64,000 bases of DNA from Takakia lepidozioides (GCA_030704615.1 CM060731.1:84010001-84074000), one strand, 5' to 3'; counted from the stretch's first letter, positions 39,668 to 52,215 are shown. Made by a program: numbers and translations. Notes: a model not told the origin generated them from the sequence alone.

Positions 39668-40645
39668 TGAAATGCGGCACCGCATTTCCAAAACTGGGGC
39701 AAGAACAATTTTCCGTTTCATGGTTTGGACATCAGAAACTGTTCGGACAAACGGAAATGCGGTGCCGCATTTCCGCTTCCGACACGGCAGTTTTGCTGAT
39801 TGCCAGCTCCTTCCATGGAGGTAAATCGAAATGCGGAGGTCGAACATGGAAATGCGGTGCCGCATTTACCTTTTGGAGATGGACATTTTTCCAACTGCAG
39901 ACCCATCGACGTTCTTGGGCTCCCCATTCCATGATGCTAGACGGGAATGCGGCACCGCATTCCATTGTCCAATAAGAAATTTCGATGACGTACATGGAAA
40001 TGCGGCGCCGCATTTCCAAAACGGACATCGTTGTTTGCCCAATTCCAGACCCTTTGACGGAAATGCGGCACCGCATTCCTGTAAAAACTTACATTGTCCT
40101 ATAAAAACTTTCGATTGCCCAACATGAAAATGCGGCGCCACATTTCAAAAACAGACATCATTGTTTGTCCAATTCCAGACCCGTGTGGGCATTCCGTCTT
40201 GATGGACGGAAATGCGGCACCGCATTCCATTGTCCGATTCGATATTTTGATGACGGACATGGAAATGCGGTGCCGCATTTCCAGAACGGACATCGTTGTT
40301 TGTCCAATTCCAGACCCTTCGACGGAAATGCGGCACCGCATTCCATTGTGCTCTCCGGAAATGTTGTGCCGCATTTCATTGTCCGGTACGAAATTTGGAT
40401 GACAAACATGGAAATGCGGTGGCGCATTTCAAGTATGGACATGGACAAGCATTAGCGACTGGACATGCTTGGACAATTCAAGGTCCAATATGGAAATGCG
40501 GCGCCGCATTTCAAATTCGAAGTATGGTAATGCTATGTCAGGAAATGAAATGTTGTACAACATTTCCGTTATGACGACAACGGAGGAAAGGGAGCTGCTA
40601 GAAATCGCTGCATGGAGAAAAATGAAATGCGGTGCCGAATTTCCG
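39668..40645. repeat. Array of GGAAATGCGGYRCCGCATTTCC palindromes, irregular spacing (left arm)
   Basis: About 15 full or partial copies. Confidence 0.92.
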
Positions 40646-40921
40646 AGCTTTGGCGTGTACATGTTTCCTACAACTCATAGATGGATTTTCTTCACCTCAG
40701 GACTCTGATATCGCTGACCTTTGGTATAGTCATATGGACAGACACATTGTAGAAATGAGACCTCAAATTGTAAACAGTGGGCCAATTACGGCAGTTCTTG
40801 AACACGATGAAACACAAGCACACAGAAGTGAGGTACGATGGGTTGTTTTATTGATCGAACACGGTGTCTCTCATTTAGCAACTCCAGACAAATCTAAGCC
40901 CTTCCTCCTTCTACATGGGCG

Positions 40922-41540
40922 TCACCAAGTCGACGGAACTTCGATAGCCCTCAAAACAAGCTCATTACTTATGCGGCACCTGGAGGTAAACTGCAATGCG
41001 GTCGATCTGGTGCCCTTGGTGGAGCTAATGACAATGTCATGCCCATCAATCATACCACCATCATACATTGACAAGGTCACTGTGGGCCTCCTGTGCCCGT
41101 GCGATTCGTCTTCGCAACTCAGCCGAATGTCTCCATACACTGGAAAAGAGGAGTGAACTCCACGAATATAGTTTTCCCCGGTGCCGTCCTCCCTGGTCCA
41201 CTGGCAGCAGTTCCAGCGCCAAAGTGAGGCCGTGCGTGATCTGTCCGGCATCCCATTCCACCTTAATATATCGAGGTCAACAATTTTCAGGACCCAAGGA
41301 CCGCATTGACCCTCGCCCTCACCTCGCTCAAAGCGGTAATAGCCCTCCAGATACTCCATTGCGCCCAAAGACTCCCGCTTGATTCCAGAAGCGTCTGTGA
41401 AAACAGAGAGCCAGACAATGATGTCTCCTCATTCTGGTTTGAACATAGCATAATCGTGGCCATGATAAGGGCAGTCAGCAGGATTTCGGCAGCATGGCAT
41501 CCTTGAAAAAGAGTAGCGGAGTACGCTCAATGACAACAGC
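40922..41540 (-). pseudogene. Cargo ORF-A (unknown function), left-arm copy
   Basis: VLRYSFSRMPCCRNPADCPYHGHDYAMFKPE*GDII...WRWNCCQWT...YDGGMIDGHDIV...ELVLRAIEVPSTW; paralog of ORF-B; 5' boundary uncertain. Confidence 0.75.
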
Positions 41541-41891
41541 TCCCGGATGGAGGAGGCAGCAGCGCGGTGGCTGGAAGAAATTCAAGCAAACGCTACAATT
41601 CCTCACAAACACTCCAGGGCACATTTAAATTTCCCCCCGACAGGAACCTGCACGGATGAAGATTGGCTGCTCCATGAATGTAGCCGTTTCAGTTTCCTTC
41701 CCTGCCATGCAAACTATGGGCAGTAAGTGCCAGGTGGGCCTATAGCCACTCGAGACGACGAAGTCTGTCCCCCCTTCGATGTAAATGCGGCGCCGAATGG
41801 ACTTCGGTGGCAGATTTCAAACTATACCCCGTGGATGAGAAAGAGGTATCGGTTCATCCACCGCTGGCGTGATGAACACGTTACACGATGA

Positions 41892-42605
41892 TTGGTGGGT
41901 ACTTGTGACCCAGATGCTCCATTATTGGAGCCCGCACTGCTCTTCCGCTTCTCATCATTTCGAAAATCTAAGGGCTTCGTTGCTGTCCACAAGGTCATTG
42001 TCATCGGCATCAAAGACGTCCTCAGGTCCTCCTTTGCAAGGATGCCGTGCTTCCGGAACCGGGACGACTGCCCTTATGGAGGCATCGATTATGCAATGTA
42101 TTCGGCCACATCGGGAGACATCGTTATCTGGTACACAGATTACACAGAAGATACTGGTTCGAATGTGGAAACATTGTCCGCTTTTGCGTATCTCCCAGGC
42201 CAGTACGCCTTCGAGCGGGGTGACGATCTTGGTCTGAGGAGTCCGTGGCTCCTGCGCATCCTTGATTCCAATTTTCCCAGCTACGACGGGCACCCATGCA
42301 GAAGAATGCGCACTGCTATGCTGTTGCGGTGGAACTGCTGCCAGTGGACGTGGGTGGACTCCATCGGAGAGACTTATACTCCTGAAGGAGTGCGCTCATC
42401 TTCTCCATTGTATGGGGACATTCGCATTGGTGTGGACGACGAAAACGTGAAGCTTTCCATATTCGATGGTGGTATGATTGAAGGGCAGGACATTGTGGTG
42501 AACATCAACAGGGGCGGTACAACGGCTGCAATCCAGTTTACCTGGAGGAGCCCGATGACTCATGAGCTAGTTCTCAGAGCAGTCGAAGTCCCATTGACAA
42601 CGTGA
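41892..42605 (+). CDS. Cargo ORF-B (unknown function), uninterrupted 237-codon frame
   Basis: Aligns along its length with ORF-A (RMPC, CPY, DYAM, GDI, FERG, PW, RWNCCQWT, YGDIR, DGGMI, ELVLRA.EVP); start codon uncertain. Confidence 0.75.
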   Translation: MVGTCDPDAPLLEPALLFRFSSFRKSKGFVAVHKVIVIGIKDVLRSSFARMPCFRNRDDCPYGGIDYAMYSATSGDIVIWYTDYTEDTGSNVETLSAFAYLPGQYAFERGDDLGLRSPWLLRILDSNFPSYDGHPCRRMRTAMLLRWNCCQWTWVDSIGETYTPEGVRSSSPLYGDIRIGVDDENVKLSIFDGGMIEGQDIVVNINRGGTTAAIQFTWRSPMTHELVLRAVEVPLTT

Positions 42606-43047
42606 CTTGTATTCAGAAGGCACAAGGCTAAAGATTTGTTTGCACAATCAGCACAGTAGACGTGCTTCAAATGCAATTTATGTGGATCAATAAAAACCCC
42701 ATTGTGCCCTCTTTTTGTTCTATTTTGTATCCATCGTTCCCAAAATGCATCATTCCTCATTTCGTTTGGGATTGGGAGTGAGGGTGGATTTTGCAAGTGG
42801 CTGGTAGGCTGAAATGGGCCCCCATTGTACAGAGCAGTACCACCCTACCATTCGCGAAACCTTGCCTTTCAATATGTAATTCTAAAAAACATTGCCGAAC
42901 CTCCTTCATCGGGAGGTCCTTCTCCCCCTATGACCGTGACACCCTAAACCCTATTCCCGCGGACACTCATTTCCGGAAAATAGTCATGCTCATGTTTTTT
43001 TCGACACTTACGACTCTGCTCATGGCTCATGCCGCTCATGGCTCATG

Positions 43048-43060
43048 GCTCATGAAATAG
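43048..43060 (-). repeat. Terminal inverted repeat (left-end type, CTATTTCATGAGC on minus strand) with subterminal GCTCATG repeats
   Basis: Identical 13-mer at 58421-58433; flanks diverge immediately after ...AATAG. Confidence 0.75.
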
Positions 43061-43420
43061 CAGCCCCCGGAATAGGGTTTAGGGTGTCACCGTCATAGGG
43101 GGAGAAGGACCTCCCGATGAAGGAGGTTCGGCAATGTTTTTTAGAATTACATATTGAAAGGCAATGTTTCGCGAATGGTAGGGTGGTACTGCTCTGTACA
43201 ATGGGGGCCCATTTCAGCCTACCAGCCACTTGCAAAATCCACCCACACTCCCAATCCCAAACGAAATGAGGAATGATGCATTCTGGGAACGATGGATACA
43301 AAATAGAACAAAAAGAGGGCACAATGGGGTTTTTATTGATCCACATGAATTGCATTTGAAGCACGTCTACTGTGCTGATTGTGCAAACAAATCTTTAGCC
43401 TTGTGCCTTCTGAATACAAG

Positions 43421-44133
43421 TCACGTTGTCAATGGGACTTTGACTGCTCTGAGAACTAGCTCATGAGTCATCGGGCTCCTCCAGGTAAACTGGATTGCAG
43501 CCGTTGTACCGCCCCTGTTGATGTTCACCACAATGTCCTGCCCTTCAATCATACCACCATCGAATATGGAAAGCTTCACGTTTTCGTCGTCCACACCAAT
43601 GCAAATGTCCCCATACAATGGAGAAGAGGAGCGCACTCCTTCAGGAGTATACGTCTCTCCGATGGAGTCCACCCACGTCCACTGGCAGCAGTTCCACCGC
43701 AACAGCATAGCAGTGCGCATTCTTCTGCATGGGTGCCCGTCGTAGCTGGGAAATCGGAATCAAGGATGCGCAGGAGCCACGGACTCCTCAGACCAAGATC
43801 GTCACCCCGCTCGAAGGCGTAGTGGCCTGGGATATACTCAAAAGCGGACAATGTTTCCACATTCGAACCAGTATCTTCTGTGTAATCTGTGTACCAGATA
43901 ACAATGTCTCCCGATGTGGCCGAATACATTGCATAATCGAAGCCTCCATAAGGGCAGTCGTCCCGGTTTCGGAAGCACGACATCCTTGCAAAGGAGGACC
44001 TGAGGACGTCTTTGATGCCGATGACAATGACCTTGCGGACAACAACGAAGCCCTTAGATTTTTGAAATGATGAGAAGCGGAAGAGCAGTGCGGGCTCCAA
44101 TAATGGAGCATCTGGGTCCCACATACCCACCAA
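43421..44133 (-). pseudogene. Cargo ORF-B, right-arm copy (frameshift near 43750)
   Basis: ORFs 43576-44133 and 43421-43720 together match 41892-42605. Confidence 0.85.
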
Positions 44134-44479
44134 TCATCGTGTAACATGTTCATCACGCCAGCGGTGTATGAACCGATACCTCTTTCTCATCCACGGGGTA
44201 TAGTTTGAAATCTGCCACCGAAGTCCATTCGGCGCCGCATTTACATCGAAGGGGGGATGGACTTCGTCGTCTCGAGTGGCTATAGGCCCACCTGGCACTT
44301 ACTGCCCATAGTTTGCATGGCAGGGAAGGAAACTGAAACGGCTACATTCATGGAGTAGCCAATCTTCATCCGTGCAGGTTCCTGTAGGGGGGAAATTTAA
44401 ATGTGCCCTAGAGTGTTTGTGAGGAATTGCAGCGTTTGCTTGAACTTCTTCCAGCCACCGCGCTGTTGCCTCCTCCATC

Positions 44480-45103
44480 CGGGAGCTGCTGTCATTGAGC
44501 GTACTTTGCTACTCTTTTTTCAAGGATGTCGTGCCGTCAAAATCCTGCAGACTCCCCTTATCATGGCCACGATTATGCTATGTTCAAACCAGAATCAGGA
44601 GACATCATTGTTTGGCTCCCTGTTTTCACAAATGCTTCTGGAATCAAGCGGGAGTCTTTGCGCGCAATGGAGTATTTGGAGGGCTATTACCGCTTTGAGC
44701 GAGGTGAGGGCGAGGGTCAATGCGTCCGTGGGTCCTGAAAATTGTTGACCTCGATATACCAAGGTGGGTTGGGATGTCGGACAGATCACGCACGGCCTCC
44801 CTTTGGCGCTGGAACTGCTGCCAGTGGACCAGGGAGGACGGCACCGGGGAAAACTATATTCGTGGAGTTCACTCCGCTCTTCCAGTGTATGGAGACATTC
44901 GGCTGAGTTGCGAAGACGAATCGCACGGGCACATGAGGCCCACAATGACTTTGTCAATGTATGACGGTGGTATGATTGATGGGCATGACATTGTCGTCAG
45001 CTCCACCAAGGGCACCAGATCGACCGCATTCCAGATTACCTCAAGGTGCCGCATCAGTAATGAGCTTGTTTTGAGGGCTATCGAAGTTCCGTCGACTTGG
45101 TGA
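44480..45103 (+). pseudogene. Cargo ORF-A, right-arm copy (frameshifted)
   Basis: ORFs 44526-44738 and 44720-45103 match 40922-41540. Confidence 0.8.
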
Positions 45104-45379
45104 CGCCCATGTAGAAGAGAAGGGCTTAGATTTTGTCTGGAGTTGCTAAATGTGAGACACCGTGTTCGATCAATAAAACAACCCATCGTACCTCACTTTT
45201 GTGTGCTTGTGTTTCATTGTGTTCAAGAACTGCCGTAATTGGCTCATTGTTTACAATTTGTGGTCTCATTTCTACAATGTGTCTGTCCATATGAATATAC
45301 CAGAGTCAGCGATAGCAGAGTCCTGAGGCGAAGGAAATCCATGTATGAGTAAAAGGAAACATGTACATGCCGAAGCTCG

Positions 45380-46500
45380 GAAATTCGGCACCGCATTTCA
45401 TTTTTCTCCATGCAGCGATTTCTGGCAGCTCCCTTTCCTCCGTTGTGGTCGTAATGGAAATGCTGTACCACATTTCATTTCTTGACATGGCATTATCATA
45501 CTTCGAATTGGAAATGCGGCACCATATTGGACCTTGAATTGTCCAAGCATGTCCAATCGCTAATGCTTGTCCATGTCCATACTGGAAATGCGGCACACCG
45601 CATTTCCATGTCCGTCATCGAAATTTCATACCGTACAATGGAATGCGGCACCGCATTTCCATGTCCGTCATCGAAATTTCATACCGGACAATGGAATGCG
45701 GCACCGCATTTCCGGAGAGCACAATGGAATGCGGTGCCGCATTTCCATTGAAGGGTCTGGAATTGGACAAACAACGATGTCCGTTTTGAAAATGCGGCAC
45801 CGCATTTCCATGTCCGTCATCAAAATTTCGTATTGGACAATGGAATGCGGTGCCGCATTTCCGTCCATCAAGACGGAATGCCCACACGGGTCTGGAATTG
45901 GACAAACAACGATGTCTGTTTTGGAAATGTGGCGCCGCATTTCCATGTTTGGCAATCAAAGTTCTTTTGGACAATGTAATGCGTGCCGCATTTCCGTCCA
46001 GCACGATGGAATGCGGTGCCGCATTTCCGTCAAGGGGTTTAATTTGACAACACGATGTCCTTTTTGGAAATGCGGCGCCGCATTTCCCATGTACGTCATC
46101 GAAATTTCTTTTTGGACAATGGAATGCGGTGTGCCGCATTCCCGTCTAGCATCATGGAATGGGGAGCCGCATTTCCTTCGATGGGTCTGCTGTTGGAAAA
46201 ACGTCCATCTCCAAAATGTAAATGCGGCACCACCGCATTTCCATGTTCGACCTCCGCATGCGGGTGGCATATCCATTTACCTCCATGAAGGAGCTGGCAA
46301 TCGGCAAAACTGTCGTGTCGAGAACGGAAATGCGGCACCGCATTTCCGTTCGGCTCGGCCGACAGTTTCTGATGTCCAAACCATGAAACAAAAAATTGTT
46401 CTTGCCCCGGTTTGGGAAATGTGGTGCCGCATTTCTAAAGGAGGTTTTTGCAGTTGCCACATTTCCGTTCCGTCATGGAAATGCGGTGCCGCATTTCCGA
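45380..46500. repeat. Array of GGAAATGCGGYRCCGCATTTCC palindromes (right arm)
   Basis: About 18 full or partial copies, mirroring 39668-40645 with one extra unit. Confidence 0.92.
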
Positions 46501-46633
46501 TTTTGGAGGGACGTGGTTTGGACGATGTTGTCGTTGAGAAGCACATGGGAGAGGGGACATGAAGGACGGGGAGAATTTCCTTTATATACTCTGGAAGAGA
46601 ATTTAAATGTACAGAGAGTTCATTAAAATTCTA

Positions 46634-49600
46634 TTAATCTTGAAAATCATCACTATCGTCGTCCTGTCCTTGACTGTCCTGCTCCTCCGCCTCCCCCCCC
46701 GTCATTGCCTTTCTCATCTCCAGCGGACTGCTCGTTGGCCAGGCTTTCGAAAATCCTATCTTCCCCTTGTGGAACCGACCATCTCACCTTCGTTGGTTCG
46801 TCGTCCTCCCTGTCTGCATCGCTCTCATCCGCTGAATCACATATGAACTTTTACACCCGTCTACCTGTCTCAGCTGTTGCCAACTCTTTCCTTATCCTTC
46901 TGTCCTCCCTAGCCCTCTCCAAAATCTGCTCTACTTTACTGGGATTCTCACATCGTCTAATCGCTGTATTTGCGAGTTTAGTTGCATAACTAGGAAGGGA
47001 GTAGTCCTTCACCGGGCTCGTCATGAAGTCGGCCCTCGCAAAGAACGGGACATTCTTCCTGGCTGGAAGTGTAGGCCTTACATGTTTCGACCCGGATCCT
47101 GGAATCCTGCACATAACAATCACCAACGAGACCAATGACAACCACAGTCCGGAAATGCGTTTGACAAAAAATCACCCAGAAGGCTTTGCAAACTTACAAT
47201 TTTTGCACTCACTCGTATTCCGGGTTCTCCTCGGCATCAATGTTCACTGTCTCTTCCTCCGACTCTGACGAATCCGAGGAGTCTTTGGCTTCGATGGGAG
47301 CCTTCACATTCCGTTGCAGCCCTTCCAGATGGGATCCCCAGACGGATGTGTCCTCCTCGTAGGCAAAGAGGTGCCGGTCGGAAAACCGCCCAGCCCACAT
47401 TGAGGCACCTGTTACAATGCCATCCACACATTATGACATGGCCCTTCAGATGTTGCGAATTAAAGCATAACGAATTTGCAGAAGAGCATACAACAAGATT
47501 CTGCATACCTGTCCCACAGACGAGGTCGAGCACTGTGCCCTCCACGTCAGTGCATGTCTCCATAATTGTCTGAATGAAGGTAGGGCTCCCAGTCCGTGAA
47601 TACCGCAGGGGTTCTGTTGAAGTGAGGCTATGAGGGAGAAGTTCCGTGGGAACGTTGTTGAACAGGACGTCGTAATCGATGGGGTCGCAGTTCGGGTCAA
47701 CCAACAATCCCTCCTTCCGGAAAGCAAAGGTGGAGTTTTCTTTCACAAAGCAGTATGCATCGAACTGCTTTGTCTGCATACACAGTGGGGAACGATTAGA
47801 AATCGAATGCGGCACCGCATTTCAAATTCAAAACTCCTAAGAAAATGAAAGGACGAGTGCCAATGTCGTAATTACCTTCTTCTTCCCTTCACTCGGAAGG
47901 CCCAATGTGTTGATGCACGTCCACTTCTTCTTCAGAATTGGGACGGCGCTCCTACGGGTCCACTTCGCAATTCCTGTCTGCGTGTTTTTGCCTCTGCTCG
48001 CCAGGACAACCACACAGCCTCTGTCGTCCAACACCATGCGGGCGAGCCCGAATCCTTTCTTCCAAAAGTCCTTGGAGTATCTGTTCCAAGATGGCAAAGC
48101 TTGCAGTCCTTCCACAGGCTCTCCGTCCGGAATATCCAAGATGATCATATCGCAAGACCACTCGGTGGCATTTCCGCCCCTCCTGCAATCCTTGTCTGCA
48201 CACACCCTCTCAAAGAACGAGACCATCTTCAGAAACCCAGGGTGTCGAAAGGCTCTTTCGGCAGCCGCCTTCTTCAGTGCTCTGCCCTTCAGACCCTCCA
48301 TGGTCTTCATGTATGCCAACTTGGCTGCCCGTCCATCCAAAGCCGCCAAGAAACTCTCATTACACACTGGACTACTGTATCGTCGGTCCCTTTTGGCCTC
48401 TTCATTTCCACCGGCTCGAAAGGGTGCCCCCCCGGGGGTTGAAGAGTGCCTTCTTTGCCGAGCCTGTTCTCGTCCCTCTCGTGACAACGGTGGGCACATG
48501 GGATTTTGGCTGCGTTTTGGGGGGTGGGCTGGTTGCAAAGTCTCCATCGGAGTCCTCTTTGTCACCCTCTTCCGGCACTATCTGTTTCTGCTTCTTCGTT
48601 TTCTTGGGTGTCACAACTGCTGCTCCCTGCTGGCAAGTCCTCTTCTTCGACCCCTTCTGTTGAGCCTACACAGCTGCATCCACCGTCGTCTGTGCCATCT
48701 CAGCTGCCTTTCTGGATTGTTCCAGAGCAGTAGCTTCCTTTGCCGACTCTGGCCCAGCAGTGACACGTCTTTCTTTTCTCTTCTCTTCTGCTTTTGCATG
48801 CAGATTTTTCTCAGACTCGTCAACAATTCCACCAGACATATCCAGGTACCACGGGCATCCAACGAGATGCGCGGCATGCCATTGTTTCTGCATCTCAGGT
48901 GTGTAGACACAGTTTGGGCCCGCCATGGTCCAAGCCATGAAGAACGGGGGCTCTTGAGCCAGGGCCCTGTCTGAAGAAGCACGTATTTCATATACCTGCA
49001 GGGCAGTCAGCATGCGTGAGCAAAAGTTGAGAGCAACGTACTCAAAAGTGCAACCGAAAACATAAAATGCAAATGCGGTGCCGCATTTCCCAGACAAACC
49101 TCATAACCAGGCTTTGCATAGAAGGACAGCTGGGCTTCACCTGTAAACAATTCGCATTGCAGCTTTTCCCGCTCCCTCCTGATGTGTAAACTCCACGCTC
49201 CTTCTTGCTGTCTGCAGCTCCCTGGCGAAGAGGTTGTCCTTGTACGCATATCTGAAACGTGTCACGTAGTCTTCTAGTGTCTATGTTCCATCCCATTTGA
49301 CGTACAAGCCGAACGAATTTGTATGCATTACGACTTGCTCCTTCGCATTCGTCATTACCTACGATTCCCACATGCATTGTCACGTAGCAGTTCAGGGAAT
49401 TCATTTCAGAAAAGAAAATCTGGGGAAGTACCTTGAATTACTTGGAACCACCAAGTCATGCGGTTGAGCCACACATCCACTGCAGGGTCGGAAACTTCGA
49501 GTGGAAAAGACCACATTGTCCTTATACTCTCCGATGCATTCCAGATTGACAGCCACCGCGTCTGCCATTTTTGATCCAATGTCAGGAGCAGGAAGAAGAG

Positions 49601-51600
49601 TGGCTATTGCTAGAAATGAACTTCAGTGCATTGAAACCTCACCTTCTCTTTCGCCTCAACACATGCCGTTGAGAGGTGATGATTGTTTCTCCAACTGCAT
49701 GGTCAGGCTGCATGGCCCGAAAATAGTGTTTTGCAATCTCGGGGATGAAGTCCTTTCCAAGTGCCGGATCTGCAATGGCCACCAGCTTCACAAGCTTTGA
49801 CTTGTATTTCGTTCTGGACTTGACCCCGGCTTCCTTCAAGTGCTCAGTCAATGACTGCAACATTTTGACCTGCCCCTCACTTTCCAGAAGAAGCGTTTGC
49901 ATGGGCCAAATCCAGCTTGATGTTTGACTGCCAACAAAAACATGCAGAAGCGTTATATTCGATTCATGTGGAAAGATTACTGAAAATTGGGGAAGGATGA
50001 GCAGAGGGAAATGGGAGGACGACTTACTTTGTATATCACCTCCACCATTCCATCCATAGTGAGACGATACCATGTCCGGTCAATTTTTGCCACGGCTTTC
50101 TGAATGAGCTCGGGCTCCAGCATTTCCGCGAACATGTGCGGATCAGTGAGACCAGTTTTCCTCACCCTGTACAGCATATGTGCCATGTGGGTATGCACGT
50201 ACGCATTTTCAGTGACCCTACAAGGCACACTCTCCAGTTCAGTCCACGGAAGCACGGAAACAAAACAGATTGGAAACCGAAATGCGGCACCGCATTTTGA
50301 ACGTGCTTGGGAGGGTATGAGTATCTTACGAGTTGAGGTCCGCCATGGCATTCTTGAGCATGGAGGAGTCTACCCCCTTCTTCACCTTGGAGAGGGCACA
50401 CTCCACCATGTAATGCCAGCCAATGTGCTTGGCATGGTTCTGCTTGATGTACTCCCACCAGGCAAGAAGTCGGTGATTCCCGTCCTACACAAAGAACATT
50501 TTACCCGACATATGGCCGAAGTCTAGATCACCCTTCAGCGTTGCCTCGAATTCGTCGTTGCGAGTGTGCCAGTGGGTATCCCAGGTGGACAATTCATCCG
50601 CAGTGGGTCCACGAGATTCGCCGTCCTCATTCTCAAGGGAAACGTAGAAGGCTGGCGAACCTAGACGGTACCCTTCTCGAAATGCGAACTTGAGCTTATC
50701 CACATCTCCGGGAAGTGCCTGCCTGTACGGGAAGGGAGACCATGCGACAGAGTGGGATTCGAAGAGCCCGCTGGATTACCCTGCTGCCCAAAACTCTGCC
50801 AATGCTACTGTGTGTCTCCTCCAACATTGTATCCGCTGCACTTTGGAATTCCTCCGGAGACATTTCTGCAGGTGGCGGTAGGGGCTGAGCAGCTGGAGCA
50901 TCCCCAAGTGGAGCTGCACTCTGGGGAATCTTTGCAGGCAATTCGGCAATTGCAGAGGCCTCCTCCAGGCCTGCATTATTTTTAAGATCTTCCTCAACGG
51001 TGGTCAGGTCTTGCTGCGAACGTTGAGCGGCAGCACCCTCCTCCGGTACCAGATCGACGAAATCGGTCGATCCCATTGCCTTCGCTGCAGCAGAGACGCC
51101 CCCAACATCACCAGGCTGGAAATCAAGCACGAACTGGGCTTCAGCTCGTGGAATCGGTTTTGCGGGAGACTGCTCCGCCCTCCCCCTGATTGCCATGTGC
51201 TTCCTCATTCTTGCAGGTGAAGGTGTCTGCTGCAATTGAATCTGCTTCATTTGCCTGGGTGGGGGGGAAACGGCCTGGTCCGGTTCAGAAACAAGTTGAA
51301 GGACGGGCTCCTTCTTCTTCGTCTTTGCTGGAGAAGGGCCCGACCCCTGCTAGCGATTCTCCATGACCTTCGAACGCGAGTCGCTCTCTGGGGCTTTGAA
51401 CTGCAAAGATTTGCCCTTCGAAGCCGCGTCCTTGAAACGCACAGGGCTAGGCCCGGCAGGAAGACCCGTGCTCGTGGATCGGCTGGGTGTGCGTGCTGCA
51501 GCTAGCTCCACGGACTCTTCCTGCGGCTCTTCGGATTCCTGCGATCCCTCCAGCACGTCCACCTTTCCGGTTAGGCATGCAAACATCTTCTGCATTCAAG
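46634..51600 (-). pseudogene. Multi-exon gene: low-complexity N-terminus, ParB/Srx-like domain, linker, beta-class amino-DNA-methyltransferase-like domain, acidic tail
   Basis: MFFV*DGNHRLLAW (DGNHR 50484-50470); CDMIILDIPD (motif IV-like, 48136-48125) upstream of GTVLDLVCGTG^ASMWAGRFSDRHLFAYEED (motifs I-II, joined in frame across the GT-AG intron 47508-47409); other GT-AG introns ~50328-50232, ~50028-49933, ~47874-47776; several stops and frameshifts; 5' end may extend to ~51870. Confidence 0.8.
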
Positions 51601-52215
51601 TCTCCTAGCATACAGTCTAAGAATTACAGAAGAAAAATGAGGGGGGTTTCGGTGCTCGATCAGCTGTGCGAATCCCGATAGCACGGAGCTCTCACTGGTG
51701 GCTGGGTTGCCTGCGTGGCCTGCTGTTGCAAGATGGCAATCTCCTCCTGTAGACGCATCTGCTTCCTCCCCTTCGGCATTGGCCTACATCCAAAGTACAA
51801 TTTTCGGAGCTTGCGACGATGTCTCTTCTCTGGTGCACGCACTCCCTCCCTCTCAGGTTCGAGCATAAGAAGAACAGAGACAGGGAATAGGGGCAAAGAG
51901 TGCAGATGGGAAGGGCGCGAGAGGGGTGACTGAGTAGACACGACAAAAGAAGATGAAACGGCGGTGATGCACCACTTGGGTTCGAAAGGCTTGGACAAAA
52001 GTGTCTCCTCGTGGACTATGCGTCATTACGAAATTCGAATCGTCAAGGGTATGTCTGCCGTCCGAAAAACAAACATCATTATCCAACGGTCAGGCCGCGC
52101 CGCCTCCTGCCACTTCAGTCAGATAGAGTGCAGACATGTGCCGCAATTCCGTTGGTCCACGTGTTCAAATATCATGGCATTTCCATCCCAGCGTCTGATG
52201 AGTTAGAGTGAAAAA

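Larger units (their letters stand above)
39556..43060 (-). mobile_element. Inverted copy of the left ~3.5 kb of the Mutator-like element, including its terminus
   Basis: 39556-42957 is the reverse complement of 43069-46609 with scattered substitutions and indels; ends in GCTCATGAAATAG (43048-43060). Confidence 0.9.

Noticed and set aside
42941-43085. Telomere repeats or hairpin telomere (ACCCTAAACCCTA / TAGGGTTTAGGG) at the centre of the inverted duplication
   Set aside because: Fewer than two units per arm; a telo-box-like motif duplicated with the arm
47907-48974. 355-aa plus-strand ORF
   Set aside because: Antisense shadow of the minus-strand ParB-MTase exons; no motifs
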